Of a stretch of DNA of 32,000 nucleotides, positions 9,001-16,569 are shown piece by piece; position 1 is the first letter of the stretch; each line of letters starts with the position of its first letter. Both the position numbers and the translations under genes were made by a program. The notes under the pieces are model-generated. The model ran no database searches. It saw nothing but the letters and a program-made list of their open reading frames with translations, and was not told the origin of the DNA. The stretch spans positions 36,234 through 68,233 of the forward strand of contig JAYRZI010000003.1 of NCBI GenBank assembly GCA_041916575.1. The letters run 5' to 3'. Source of the DNA: Haliangiales bacterium. GTDB lineage: Bacteria > Myxococcota_A > Polyangia > Haliangiales > Haliangiaceae.

Positions 9001-10266
9001 CTCTCCCAACATGTAGGCCGGGAAGCCCCGATGATCGATGAATGGCTGAAAAATGGCGGGGATATCCGCCGCAGAAAACTCTTTGTCACTAAGAGTATGA
9101 TCCTTTGCCCATTTCTCGATGTCGAATACGCGATTGTCTCCATAAGAGTAGACCCAGTACCCCGACCCTGGGGTAAACGTCGTCGGCGCCAGCGCGACTT
9201 CGGGCGTGATGTCGATCTCGGCCCCCAAGAACATCCGTGGAACTCGATTTCGCTCCTGCGGCCAGGAACCGGCGATATCGGCATTGGCTCCCGCAGCGCC
9301 ATGCAGCAAGGTCTGAGCAGCGTTCCAGCGAAGGTCATTCAGGTCACGCAGTCCACGGGAGGTCTCCGAGAGAAGTTCGCTCAAGGAGACATCGACATCT
9401 ACGATCTGCTCCGAGTCCGAAGCGTGGTCGGTAGCGAACACGAAATCGACGCCGAGCGCACCGAGCGCAGCCGCGACGGCTCGATACGAGTAGCCGCTCT
9501 CGCCCTCGTTGTCGGTGCTCTGAGAATGATAGTGGAGATCGCCGTATAGCCACCGATCATCGTCGAACCTGGGCAGCGGGTCAGCCGCCCAGTGGGTTCG
9601 CGCGTAGTTGGTCAGCCGGATCTGCGACGAGGTGCAGTTTTCGAAGGCACTGACGTAGGCCACGAGCTGGAGGGTCTCGGAGGTGTTTGGCAAGGGCACC
9701 CCTGGGTCCCATTTCAGCAGGGCGTGCCACTCGCTGGTATCGTGAATGAGGGTGTGCGCGGTGCAGTCTCCGCGTGAAGGGTAGCAAGCCGTGGTCGATG
9801 GCGGGGCAAGGCCTTGGCTGACAGTAGGCCAGTAGGTCGCCTGGCTCGCCGGCGCGCCCGGCGCGCGCCCAGTGCGTTCGATCCAAGCGAGCTGGTTGGG
9901 AAGAAAGGTCTGAGTACCGGAGGGAAGACCGTTGCGATACCGGCTGACCTCCAGCTTGCAGAAGTTCCATAAGCGACCGTCCCCGGGTGAGACACCAGGA
10001 GTCCCGGGCGAGACGCTAAGAGGGTTGGTGTCTTCGTCGTGGATCGCAATCGTGATGGGCACCGGGTCGTAGCGGCGCGTGCCATCAGGCTGCAGGTTCG
10101 GCTCGATGCGCCACGGGATATCGATGGCGAACTCGAACATGCCCTCCATGCCGTTGAGCTCCTGCGCGACCTGGCTCTCGGACGGACTTGGCGGTGAAGC
10201 GTCGTTGGAGCCGAAGCTGCAGGCGCCGAGCGAAACCGCTACCACGATCGGTTTGAATGGCCTCAT
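6073..10266 (-). CDS. Large exported lipoprotein: split PHP-family metallo-phosphoesterase domain plus C-terminal SBBP-type beta-propeller repeats
   Basis: I place the start at the ATG at plus 10264..10266 (MRPFKPIVVAVSLGACSFG, a lipoprotein signal) rather than 10506. PHP motifs are GDLHYHSQSTDNEG (about 9510..9545), FVFATDH and GGSDAHGDW (about 8363..8389). A TSP3-like DRDLDHLPDLCD follows. From about 7383 to 6076 there are repeated xxDxSGNxYVxGxFxG / DGFVLKL units (FDASGNLYVAAST, TDSSGDVYLSGSFTG, DSFVLKLRG, DGFVLKLAR), typical of SBBP repeats. Confidence 0.8.
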   Translation of the reverse strand: MRPFKPIVVAVSLGACSFGSNDASPPSPSESQVAQELNGMEGMFEFAIDIPWRIEPNLQPDGTRRYDPVPITIAIHDEDTNPLSVSPGTPGVSPGDGRLWNFCKLEVSRYRNGLPSGTQTFLPNQLAWIERTGRAPGAPASQATYWPTVSQGLAPPSTTACYPSRGDCTAHTLIHDTSEWHALLKWDPGVPLPNTSETLQLVAYVSAFENCTSSQIRLTNYARTHWAADPLPRFDDDRWLYGDLHYHSQSTDNEGESGYSYRAVAAALGALGVDFVFATDHASDSEQIVDVDVSLSELLSETSRGLRDLNDLRWNAAQTLLHGAAGANADIAGSWPQERNRVPRMFLGAEIDITPEVALAPTTFTPGSGYWVYSYGDNRVFDIEKWAKDHTLSDKEFSAADIPAIFQPFIDHRGFPAYMLGEAQGLDEINVGRQHLLHLPRFAEQPTGFVASKTGRYGGATRHALEGSTSGSGILPEIGSKQGVAFLAHPLAAGGAGSGPGIAPYSGYQYQKMFDQQTLVGLQLWNEDARVSSSYDAGDYDVTGYNWLGATSSGNHMAGWLNRSYRFSPMYDLARWGWQKIHFDVDQALHNGSYVWDHLLRWGLDQGRTASISWLAPGEPRRLFMAGGSDAHGDWSYRREGYLTETSATNDTAIAKVRNLVFAGRARTGCRPTDTTCVDPVAPEAQSSHDQATVADALAEGRFSVTDGPALRLVVDRNRNGIIDDSDYPMGSVVDLYGAEAFPIIAQWHSTPEFGTVDRIDFYVGVDADPQCVGECLNPINESRARTYAPADHGARRDLDETSDLVRGSTSGSYIADPLATECAGRCRMQDGYWLPTEGAARQNLRYVPSQAESYRGTRVVQFNLDDYPSSGAISPRATRAYVRAFARTYRGCDAKNPNTADTLRFSGQCSPRYAFANPVWALRKPAPSSGCPTSDRSLDRDLDHLPDLCDPAPAAGQAPSWTRHLGGTGYDSVAASAFDASGNLYVAASTAGAGRIERGKSAQTPFSGLGNDAHVLKYDREGALVGRFQVMGQGTATITDVATDSSGDVYLSGSFTGTTIFGSTTVSSADSDSFVLKLRGSDLSVVWSRFLTGAGASVGTGLAVTADGHVVALGHFHGTMQTGSSTLVSDGVDYDCYMLWLDRTSGSQRAVQRFGGTGGCYAQNVVADSQSRTYAAVNYTGRVQLGFNSKTTTSSDGMVARFGSALEMGTPSWAAWIGDPSQSDAGQVNDVKLLPNEDLVIAGQFTGTLRVGFDASALTTVGTSAGGYDGFVLKLARANGAAIVPPSWRIGGTGDDMLSALATDGLGRILATGRYVSTSIATAVGTVTRSGTSDGLVLFYNSAHQLQSISDFGTVASASGATAAFSSDGRMAFGGATSSPPSAGAQDGFVTSQRAP

Positions 10267-10535
10267 GGACGAGGACAAAGCAACCGCCGTGCCGCCGAGA
10301 ACCTGGCGAAATGCAATGAAGGGCCGGTCGGTTTGATGGCTGTCTTCGCCGCGGTTGACAAACTGTGCGAGCGAAACGTCAGCGCGCACCTCGCCAGCGC
10401 CGGGCTCGAGGCCATAGAGCTCGCGACGCGCAGGCGTGAGAGGTCTGCGGATGGACCGCGCATCCCCGACCGAGCTTCTGCAGTGGACTCCCGCAACGGA
10501 CTCCATGGACGCAACATCATGGCGAGGCTTCGACG

Positions 10536-10590
10536 CCTCACCGCAGCCTCACCGCAGCCTCACCGCAGCCTCGCCGCAGCCTCACCGCAG
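10536..10590. repeat. Perfectly phased 11-bp tandem repeat, 5 units (CCTCACCGCAG x5, unit 4 = CCTCGCCGCAG)
   Basis: Counted base by base: units at 10536, 10547, 10558, 10569 and 10580. The array is intergenic, 59 bp downstream of the dapB stop and about 270 bp upstream of the lipoprotein ATG at 10266. Confidence 0.9.
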
Positions 10591-10614
10591 CCGGCTCAGC
10601 CCAGCTCAGAGCAA

Positions 10615-10635
10615 GCCGGCGCGGCGCAGGCCGGC
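10615..10635 (-). terminator. Possible weak dapB terminator hairpin
   Basis: GCCGGC-N9-GCCGGC (self-complementary 6-mers) lies 14 nt past the dapB stop and is followed on the minus strand by TTGCTCTG. The stem is short and the U-tract poor. Confidence 0.2.
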
Positions 10636-10648
10636 AGCGAAGGGTAGC

Positions 10649-11440
10649 TCAGCGCAGGCCGAGCACGTCTTGCATGTCGTAGCGGCCGGGCCGCTGGCCG
10701 ACCACCCACGCCGCGGCGCGCAGCGCGCCGGCCGCGAAGATGGTGCGTGAGGTGGCGCGGTGCCCCAGCTCGAGGCGCTCGCCAGCGCCGAAGAAGGAGA
10801 CCTGGTGCTCGCCCACCACGTCACCGCCACGCACCGCGTGCACACCGATCTCGCCCAGCGGCCGTGCGCCCACCTGGCCATCGCGGCCGTGGCACCGAAC
10901 CGAGTCGTAGGCCACGCCGTGGCCCTCGGCGGCAGCGGCGCCCAGCGCCAGCGCGGTGCCCGACGGCGCGTCGAGCTTGCCGCGATGGTGCGTCTCGACG
11001 ATCTCCACATCCCAGCTCGGGCCCAGCGCCTGTGCGGCCTTGCGTACCAGGCCGGTCAAGAGGTTCACCCCGAGCGAGAAGTTGGAGGCCACTACGATCG
11101 GGCTCACCCGAGCCAGCGCGTCGACCACCGCCTCGTCGGCGGGGGACAGGCCGGTGGTGCCGATGACCGCGGGCATGCCCAGCTCGTGCGCCACCAGCGC
11201 GGCGTTGACCGTGGAGGCGGTGGTAGTGAAGTCGACATAGACCTGCGCCGCCGAGAAGGCAGCGCGCAGATCGACGCCGACCACGACGCCGCCAGCGACG
11301 ACCTGGCCGATCCCCGGCGCATCCACGCGATCGACCGCAGCCGTGATGCGCACGTCCTGCCGCCCGGCTGCTGAGTCCAGGAGCGCTCGGCCCATGCGCC
11401 CCGAGGGCCCCAGCACGCAGACCGCAACAGCCGCGTTCAC
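10649..11440 (-). CDS. dapB: 4-hydroxy-tetrahydrodipicolinate reductase
   Basis: A GTG start at plus 11438..11440 overlaps the dapA TGA stop (GTGA). The N-terminus VNAAVAVCVLGPSGRMGRAL matches the DapB Rossmann motif (GxxGRMG). VVASNFSLGVNL and ETHHRGKLDAPSGTAL match the DapB signature E-x-HH-x-x-K-x-D-x-PSGTA. The 74 aa upstream in the ORF track overlap dapA and are rejected. Confidence 0.9.
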   Translation of the reverse strand: MNAAVAVCVLGPSGRMGRALLDSAAGRQDVRITAAVDRVDAPGIGQVVAGGVVVGVDLRAAFSAAQVYVDFTTTASTVNAALVAHELGMPAVIGTTGLSPADEAVVDALARVSPIVVASNFSLGVNLLTGLVRKAAQALGPSWDVEIVETHHRGKLDAPSGTALALGAAAAEGHGVAYDSVRCHGRDGQVGARPLGEIGVHAVRGGDVVGEHQVSFFGAGERLELGHRATSRTIFAAGALRAAAWVVGQRPGRYDMQDVLGLR

Positions 11441-12324
11441 AGAAGACCCCGAGCCACCAGCTCGGCGCGCAGCTGTGCAGTGAGCCCGGCGCTGCACGTC
11501 ACGAGCGGCAACCGGACCTCGGCGGTGGAGCGGCCCATCAAGGACAGCGCGGCCTTCACCGGGATCGGGTTGGACTCGACGAAGAGCAGATGGTTGAGCA
11601 CGCGCAACGCGAAGTGCAGCTCGCGCGCCTTGTCCCACTGGCCTTCGCGCGCGAAGTCCCACATCTGCGCCATCTCGCGCGGCGCGATGTTGGAGACCAC
11701 CGAGATCACCCCGCGCCCACCGACCGCGTACATGGGAAACGCGGTGGCGTCATCGCCGCTGAGCACCGACAGCCGATCGCCGACGCGCGCGACCAGCTCG
11801 GTGGCGCGCGGCAGGAGCCCCGTCGCTTCCTTCACCGCCACGATGTTGGGAATCTCGGCGAGCCGCTCCACGGTGTCCGGCAGCAGATCGCAGGAGGTGC
11901 GGCTGGGCACGTTGTAGAGGATGACCGGCAGCGCGGTGGCAGCGGCGATCGCGGCGTAGTGGCGGTACAGCCCCTCCTGCGTAGGCTTGTTGTAGTACGG
12001 AGTGACGTGCAGGAGCGCCTGTGCGCCGGCCTTCTCGGAGGCGGCGGTCAGCGCCAGCGCCTCCGAGGTGGCGTTCCCTCCAGCGCCCGCCACGACCGGT
12101 ACGCGCCCACGAGCCGCGCGCACCACGTGACGGATCACCTCGACGTGCTCTGCGACATCCAAGGTGGCCGACTCGCCGGTCGTGCCCACTGCCACCAACC
12201 CGTCGATCCCACACTCGATCTGCCAATCCACCAGCTTGGTGAGCGCTTCGTAATCCACTGCGCCGTCGCGAAACGGCGTGACCAGTGCGGTGAGACAACC
12301 TTCGATCGCGGGCAGCTTCGCCAT
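11437..12324 (-). CDS. dapA: 4-hydroxy-tetrahydrodipicolinate synthase
   Basis: MAKLPAIEGCLTALVTPF...GLVAVGTTGESATL...ILYNVPSRT...VAVKEATG are DapA/NAL-family motifs, including the Schiff-base Lys in VAVKEA. The ATG at plus 12322..12324 is preceded by AAGAGGA. The gene forms an operon with dapB. Confidence 0.9.
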   Translation of the reverse strand: MAKLPAIEGCLTALVTPFRDGAVDYEALTKLVDWQIECGIDGLVAVGTTGESATLDVAEHVEVIRHVVRAARGRVPVVAGAGGNATSEALALTAASEKAGAQALLHVTPYYNKPTQEGLYRHYAAIAAATALPVILYNVPSRTSCDLLPDTVERLAEIPNIVAVKEATGLLPRATELVARVGDRLSVLSGDDATAFPMYAVGGRGVISVVSNIAPREMAQMWDFAREGQWDKARELHFALRVLNHLLFVESNPIPVKAALSLMGRSTAEVRLPLVTCSAGLTAQLRAELVARGLL

Positions 12325-12434
12325 GGGTCCTCTTGCAGGTTGCATCGCGTCATATCAGCAACACCATGGTTAGGCTAGCTATTCCGTCATCTCCCGCGAT
12401 CGCTGCGATTGGCGGCGATCCAAGGTTTCATCGT

Positions 12435-13388
12435 ATGGTGCGGCGCATGGAAGTCGTCCGCGATCTCACCGCGCCAGCGCGCTGGAGCAAGGCTGCGGTG
12501 GCGATCGGCAACTTCGACGGAGTGCACCTGGGGCACCGCGAGCTCTTGCGACGCGCCAAAGCCTGGGCCAGCACGCATGGCGGCACGAGCGTGGCCGTGA
12601 CCTTCGATCCGCACCCGCTCGCCATCTTGGCCCCATCCCGCCCGCCGGCCCTCTTGACCACTGTCGCGCGCCGCCTCGAGCTGTTCGCTGAAGCTGGGAT
12701 CGAGGTCGCGGTGGTGCTGCCGTTCTCGCCAGCGCTGGCCGCCATGGAGCCCGCGGCCTTCGTCGAGGAAGTGCTGCGTCAGCGCCTGGCCGCCGCCCAC
12801 GTCGTGGTGGGCTACGATTTTGGCTACGGCAAGGCGCGCGCCGGCAACCCCGCCAGCCTCACCGCGCACGGCGCACGCGCAGGCTTCGGCGTGGAGGTCG
12901 TGGCGCCCGTCGAGGTGGATGGCGCGACCGCTTCGTCGAGCGCGATCCGGCAAGCGCTGCGGCGTGGCGAGGTGCACACCGCCAGCCGGTGGCTGGGCCG
13001 CCCGTTCGAGATCGATGGCGTGGTGGTGCATGGGCACAAGCGCGGCCGCCAGCTCGGGTTCCCCACCGCCAACGTGGCTCCGACGCTGCCGCTGGTGCTG
13101 GGCTCGGGGATCTACGCCTGCCGCCTGCGTGTGGCGGGCGCCGACGAGGCGCTGGGGCCGGCGTTGCCCGCGGTGGCCAGCCTCGGCACCAACCCCACCT
13201 TCGCCACCGATGACGTACGCACTCTCGAGGTGTACGTGCTCGACTTCTCCCAAGATCTCTACGATCGCAAGGTGCGTGTCGAGTTGGTGCACAAGCTGCG
13301 CGAGGAAGCGCGGTTCGATTCGGTGGAGGCGCTGGTGGCGCAGATCGCGCGCGATGTCGAGGACGCGCGCAGCGCCCTGGGCGCCTAG
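12435..13388 (+). CDS. ribF: Bifunctional riboflavin kinase / FMN adenylyltransferase
   Basis: AVAIGNFDGVHLGHRELL is the FAD-synthetase nucleotidyltransferase motif. C-terminal riboflavin-kinase motifs are GHKRGRQLGFPTAN and PTFATDDVRTLEVYVLDF. The start is ambiguous between the ATGs at 12435 and 12447. The ORF-track start at 12333 would overlap the dapA promoter region. Confidence 0.88.
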   Translation: MVRRMEVVRDLTAPARWSKAAVAIGNFDGVHLGHRELLRRAKAWASTHGGTSVAVTFDPHPLAILAPSRPPALLTTVARRLELFAEAGIEVAVVLPFSPALAAMEPAAFVEEVLRQRLAAAHVVVGYDFGYGKARAGNPASLTAHGARAGFGVEVVAPVEVDGATASSSAIRQALRRGEVHTASRWLGRPFEIDGVVVHGHKRGRQLGFPTANVAPTLPLVLGSGIYACRLRVAGADEALGPALPAVASLGTNPTFATDDVRTLEVYVLDFSQDLYDRKVRVELVHKLREEARFDSVEALVAQIARDVEDARSALGA

Positions 13389-13391
13389 CCT

Positions 13392-14423
13392 TCAGCGCAG
13401 CAGCAGCGAAGGCACCGTCACCACCAGTCCGGCGGCGGCGGCGAGCGCACCAGCGCCGAAAGCCAGCGCTCGGGTCAGCGGCGCCGGCCGGGCAGCGCTG
13501 GGTTCGCCTGCCAGAAGCTCTCCGAGGCGAGCGATCGCGATGCCGGCGCCCAACGCCAGCGCCAGCGCCAGCGGCGCGGCGGGCCCGACGCCAGGGCCGG
13601 GCAACAGCGCGCCGCCGACGAGCAGCGACACGCCGAGCGCGGCGGTGAGCCGATCGGCGCTGACCTCTGCTCGCCGCGATCCGGCGAGCGCCACCAGCGC
13701 CACCAGCGCCGCCGCGGTGGCGGTGGGCCCCAGCCGCTCCATGGCCAGGCGCAGCGCGCTGCGCGCCGCCACCAGGCGCGCTCCCAGCTCTGGAGCGGAG
13801 CCAGCGACGAGCGCGCGGCCCAGCAGCGCCACCGCCCCGGCGAGCGCCAACGGTGGCACCCACAGCATCGCCAACCGGCGCTCACGCCGTCCCGCGATCC
13901 GCCCGCGCTGCACCGCCACCCGCCGCCACCACACGGCCGCCGCCGGGATCGCGAGCGCACCGTAGGCCGGCGCCAGCGCCGACGCCACGAGCAGCAACAG
14001 CGCCGAGGCCAGCGCGGCGCGAACTGGGATCTCCGTCGACGAAGCGACCTTGCGCCACGACGCCAGCGCGTGCATCGCCAGCAAGGCCGCCGCCGCGCCG
14101 CCTGCGCCGAGTTGCCACAGCGCGGGCGTCGCCAGCGCCAGCGCACAAGCAGCGCCTGCGCCCACCGCGATGGGCGCGAGGTTGTTGCTGGTCGCAGTGG
14201 TCCACACCGCGCGCGCCACCGCCCAGCCCCACAGCCCAGCGCCGAGCGCGAGCGCCACCGACAACCGCAGCGAGGGCTCACTCACCGGCAGCGCCACCAA
14301 CGCCTCGACCCACGTCGCATCGCGCGCCCAGGCAGGCGCCCAGGCAGCCACCGCCAGCGCGGCCAGCACCACCGGAGCGGCCAGCACCGCGTGCGCCTTT
14401 CCTCGAAACCTCATCTCTTGCAT
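13392..14423 (-). CDS. Ala/Leu-rich polytopic membrane protein, unknown function
   Basis: Start taken at MQEMRFRGKAHAVLAAPVVLAALAVAAW (ATG at plus 14421..14423; alternative 14414). About 10 hydrophobic spans are separated by short Arg-containing loops, with Trp at span boundaries. I see no family motif. The stop lies 3 bp from the ribF stop (convergent). Confidence 0.55.
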   Translation of the reverse strand: MQEMRFRGKAHAVLAAPVVLAALAVAAWAPAWARDATWVEALVALPVSEPSLRLSVALALGAGLWGWAVARAVWTTATSNNLAPIAVGAGAACALALATPALWQLGAGGAAAALLAMHALASWRKVASSTEIPVRAALASALLLLVASALAPAYGALAIPAAAVWWRRVAVQRGRIAGRRERRLAMLWVPPLALAGAVALLGRALVAGSAPELGARLVAARSALRLAMERLGPTATAAALVALVALAGSRRAEVSADRLTAALGVSLLVGGALLPGPGVGPAAPLALALALGAGIAIARLGELLAGEPSAARPAPLTRALAFGAGALAAAAGLVVTVPSLLLR

Positions 14424-14644
14424 CCTGGCCCAGCGCTGGCGGCCGCGCGAGTTTTCGCCGAGCCCAGCCACCTCCCTCGTACCCTTCGCCACATTGCGAC
14501 AACTCGGCACAATCTCACGCTCTTGCCAGGTCCCTTGAATCGCCGCTGCGGTGATTCGTCGTATCGACACCTGGCCACGCCCCCATTCCAAGCGCGCCTG
14601 CTGGCGCGTGGTAGCGTAGCGCCGGCTGTTTCCTGGAGACCTCT

Positions 14645-16426
14645 ATGAAGCACTTGCAAAAGCTCACCATCCTCTTCGGCCTTGCGCTCGGCACCCCCGC
14701 GCTGGCGCAGGTGGTGGTTCCGCCGCCGGCCCCAAGCCAGCCCACCATGGCGCCACCGCCGCCGCCGGCCACGATCAACGCGCAGGTCGCCGCGCGCCCA
14801 GGCTTTGTCTGGGTGGCAGGCCGCTGGGATTGGAACAACGGCCAGTACCAGTGGATCGACGGCCACTGGGAGCGGTCTCGCGCCGACCAGGTGTGGCAAG
14901 ACGGCCACTGGGAGCAGCGCGGCAACGTCTACGTCTGGGTACCGGGTGGCTGGGTCGATCCGCATCGCTACCCGACCGCCGAGCCGCCGCCGCCCGCCGC
15001 GGAGACCCCAGCCACCAGCCCCGGCCACCACTGGACCCCGGGCCGCTGGGACTGGCGCAACGGTCGCTGGGTGTGGATGCCGGGCAAGCTCGTCAAGGAG
15101 CGCCGCGGCTACCATTTCATCCCTGGTCGCTGGGAGCGCCAAAACGATCGCTACCAGTGGATCGAAGGGCGCTGGGAAGAGATCCGATACCCCAACGAGG
15201 CACCGCCCGCTGCGCGCCCCGAGAACCCGGGCGTGCGCGCCGGTTGGACGTGGGTGCCGGGCCACTACGAGTGGCGGCGCGGCGCGTACCAGTGGGTCAA
15301 CGGCCGCTGGGAGCGCGAGCGTCCCGGCAAGAAGTGGGTGCCGGGCCGCTGGGAGCGCCGCAACGATCGCTACGAGTGGATCGGCGACTCCGTGATCGAT
15401 ATCGAGATCCCGCAGTTCCCCTCTGACGCGCCGCCGCCGATCGTCACCGAGAACCCAGGGACCCGCCAGGGCTGGGTCTGGGTCGCCGGACGTTGGGACT
15501 GGCATCAGGGGCAGTTCCGCTGGATCAAGGGCCGCTGGGAGCGTGAGCGCCCCGGCAAGCGCTGGCAGCCCGGACGCTGGGAGCGGCGCAACAATCGCTA
15601 TGAGTGGATCGCTGACGCCTGGATCGATGTGGCGGTGCAGTGGCCCACGCAGGCGCCGCCGCCCAACCCGCCCGAGATCTCGAACGTGCGCGACAGCCAC
15701 ATTTGGGTGCCGGGTCGCTGGGAGTGGCGCGACGGTCGCTACGTGTGGATCGACGGCCGCTACGAGCGCGAGCGCCCCGGCATGCGCCTGGTTCCCGGAC
15801 GTTGGGAGAAGCGCGGTGCGTACTACGAGTGGGTAGCCGAGCAATGGATCGCCGATGCGCCGCAGCGCCCGACGCAGCCGCCGCCGCCCAACCCGCCCGA
15901 GATCTCGAGCGTGCGCGAGAGCCACATCTGGGTGCCGGGCCGCTGGGAGTGGCGCGACGGTCGCTACGTCTGGGCCCCCGGTAGCTACGAGCGCGAGCGC
16001 CCCGGCATGCGCCTGGTTCCCGGGCGCTGGGAGCAACGCGGGGGCTACTATGAGTGGACGCCGGCGCAGTGGATCTCCGTCGAGCCGCAGCCCATCCCTT
16101 CGCCTGCGCCGCAGCCGGCGCCGCCGCGCGCACCGCAACCGCGGGTCGAGAACCCGCCGCCTCCGCCGACGAGCGGGGGGCCTTACCTGTGGATCCCCGG
16201 CGCCTGGGAATGGAGCAACGGCGCCTACGCCTGGGTCGAGGGGCGCTGGGATCGGCCGCGCAGGAACCAGCGCTGGGTGGCCGGCGGCTGGGAGATGAGC
16301 CAGGGCCGCTGGACCTGGACCCCGGGGCGCTGGGAGCGCACCAACCGCAAAGATCGAGGGGACCGCCGCGATGACGACCGTGGTCGCCGCCGCGACGACG
16401 ACCGAGGTCGCCGCGACAACGACTGA
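14645..16426 (+). CDS. Secreted WXXGXW-repeat protein (BcpO-related repeat type), 7 modules, Arg/Asp-rich tail
   Basis: Signal peptide MKHLQKLTILFGLALGTPALAQ with GGAGAC 7 nt before the ATG. Seven ~73-75-aa modules each carry several WxPGRWEWRxGxYxW / GRWERxRPG hairpin-like motifs plus a Pro-rich linker. The tail is RKDRGDRRDDDRGRRRDDDRGRRDND. Confidence 0.85.
   Translation: MKHLQKLTILFGLALGTPALAQVVVPPPAPSQPTMAPPPPPATINAQVAARPGFVWVAGRWDWNNGQYQWIDGHWERSRADQVWQDGHWEQRGNVYVWVPGGWVDPHRYPTAEPPPPAAETPATSPGHHWTPGRWDWRNGRWVWMPGKLVKERRGYHFIPGRWERQNDRYQWIEGRWEEIRYPNEAPPAARPENPGVRAGWTWVPGHYEWRRGAYQWVNGRWERERPGKKWVPGRWERRNDRYEWIGDSVIDIEIPQFPSDAPPPIVTENPGTRQGWVWVAGRWDWHQGQFRWIKGRWERERPGKRWQPGRWERRNNRYEWIADAWIDVAVQWPTQAPPPNPPEISNVRDSHIWVPGRWEWRDGRYVWIDGRYERERPGMRLVPGRWEKRGAYYEWVAEQWIADAPQRPTQPPPPNPPEISSVRESHIWVPGRWEWRDGRYVWAPGSYERERPGMRLVPGRWEQRGGYYEWTPAQWISVEPQPIPSPAPQPAPPRAPQPRVENPPPPPTSGGPYLWIPGAWEWSNGAYAWVEGRWDRPRRNQRWVAGGWEMSQGRWTWTPGRWERTNRKDRGDRRDDDRGRRRDDDRGRRDND
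15644..16093 (+). repeat. 225-bp (75-codon) in-frame tandem duplication inside the WXXGXW gene (copy 1 15644..15868, copy 2 15869..16093)
   Basis: PTQAPPPNPPEISNVRDSHIWVPGRWEWRDGRYVWIDGRYERERPGMRLVPGRWEKRGAYYEW... versus PTQPPPPNPPEISSVRESHIWVPGRWEWRDGRYVWAPGSYERERPGMRLVPGRWEQRGGYYEW.... Long runs are identical at the DNA level, e.g. gagcgcgagcgccccggcatgcgcctggttccc in both copies. Confidence 0.85.
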
Positions 16427-16569
16427 GCCCCGTTCGATCTCCGGTTCGGCGCCTGCGCGCCGACTCGCCGTCGCTCGGCGCTTGGACGCCGCCCGCCGCA
16501 CCACGGCCGGCGGCGTTTCGCTTTGTCGGAAACGAGGCTCGTCGTGCGGCGCGATGCTACCGTGCACGC

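Noticed and set aside
10267-10506. 80-aa N-terminal extension of the large lipoprotein ORF (track start at 10506).
   Set aside because: The lipoprotein signal peptide MRPFKPIVVAVSLGAC begins at the internal ATG at 10266 and must be N-terminal to function. The extension has no signal or domain features.
10536-10590. CRISPR array hypothesis for the 11-bp repeats, and likewise for the 31924/31981 repeats.
   Set aside because: The units are contiguous with no spacers and far shorter than CRISPR repeats. No cas genes lie in the window. The edge repeat has only two copies of 19 bp.
10333-10647. 104-aa plus-strand ORF translating the 11-bp repeat as AASPQPHRSL-type repeats.
   Set aside because: An 11-bp unit shifts frame at every unit, so the apparent peptide repeat is an artefact. 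There is no RBS, and the region is flanked by minus-strand genes.
11441-11662. 74-aa N-terminal extension of the dapB ORF.
   Set aside because: It lies entirely inside dapA. The DapB Rossmann motif begins 7 residues after the GTG at 11440, which overlaps the dapA stop as GTGA, a typical coupled arrangement.
12325-12434. Possible lysine riboswitch upstream of dapA, or FMN element near ribF.
   Set aside because: The divergent intergenic region is only about 110 bp, too short for either aptamer plus two promoters. I could not see the conserved L-box or FMN core motifs.
14411-16567. 718-aa ORF on the minus strand, antisense to the WXXGXW gene.
   Set aside because: Its composition is Arg/Ala/Pro/Gly-rich shadow-frame material with no motifs. 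The plus-strand frame has a signal peptide, an RBS and a coherent repeat architecture. Open antisense frames are expected at this GC content.
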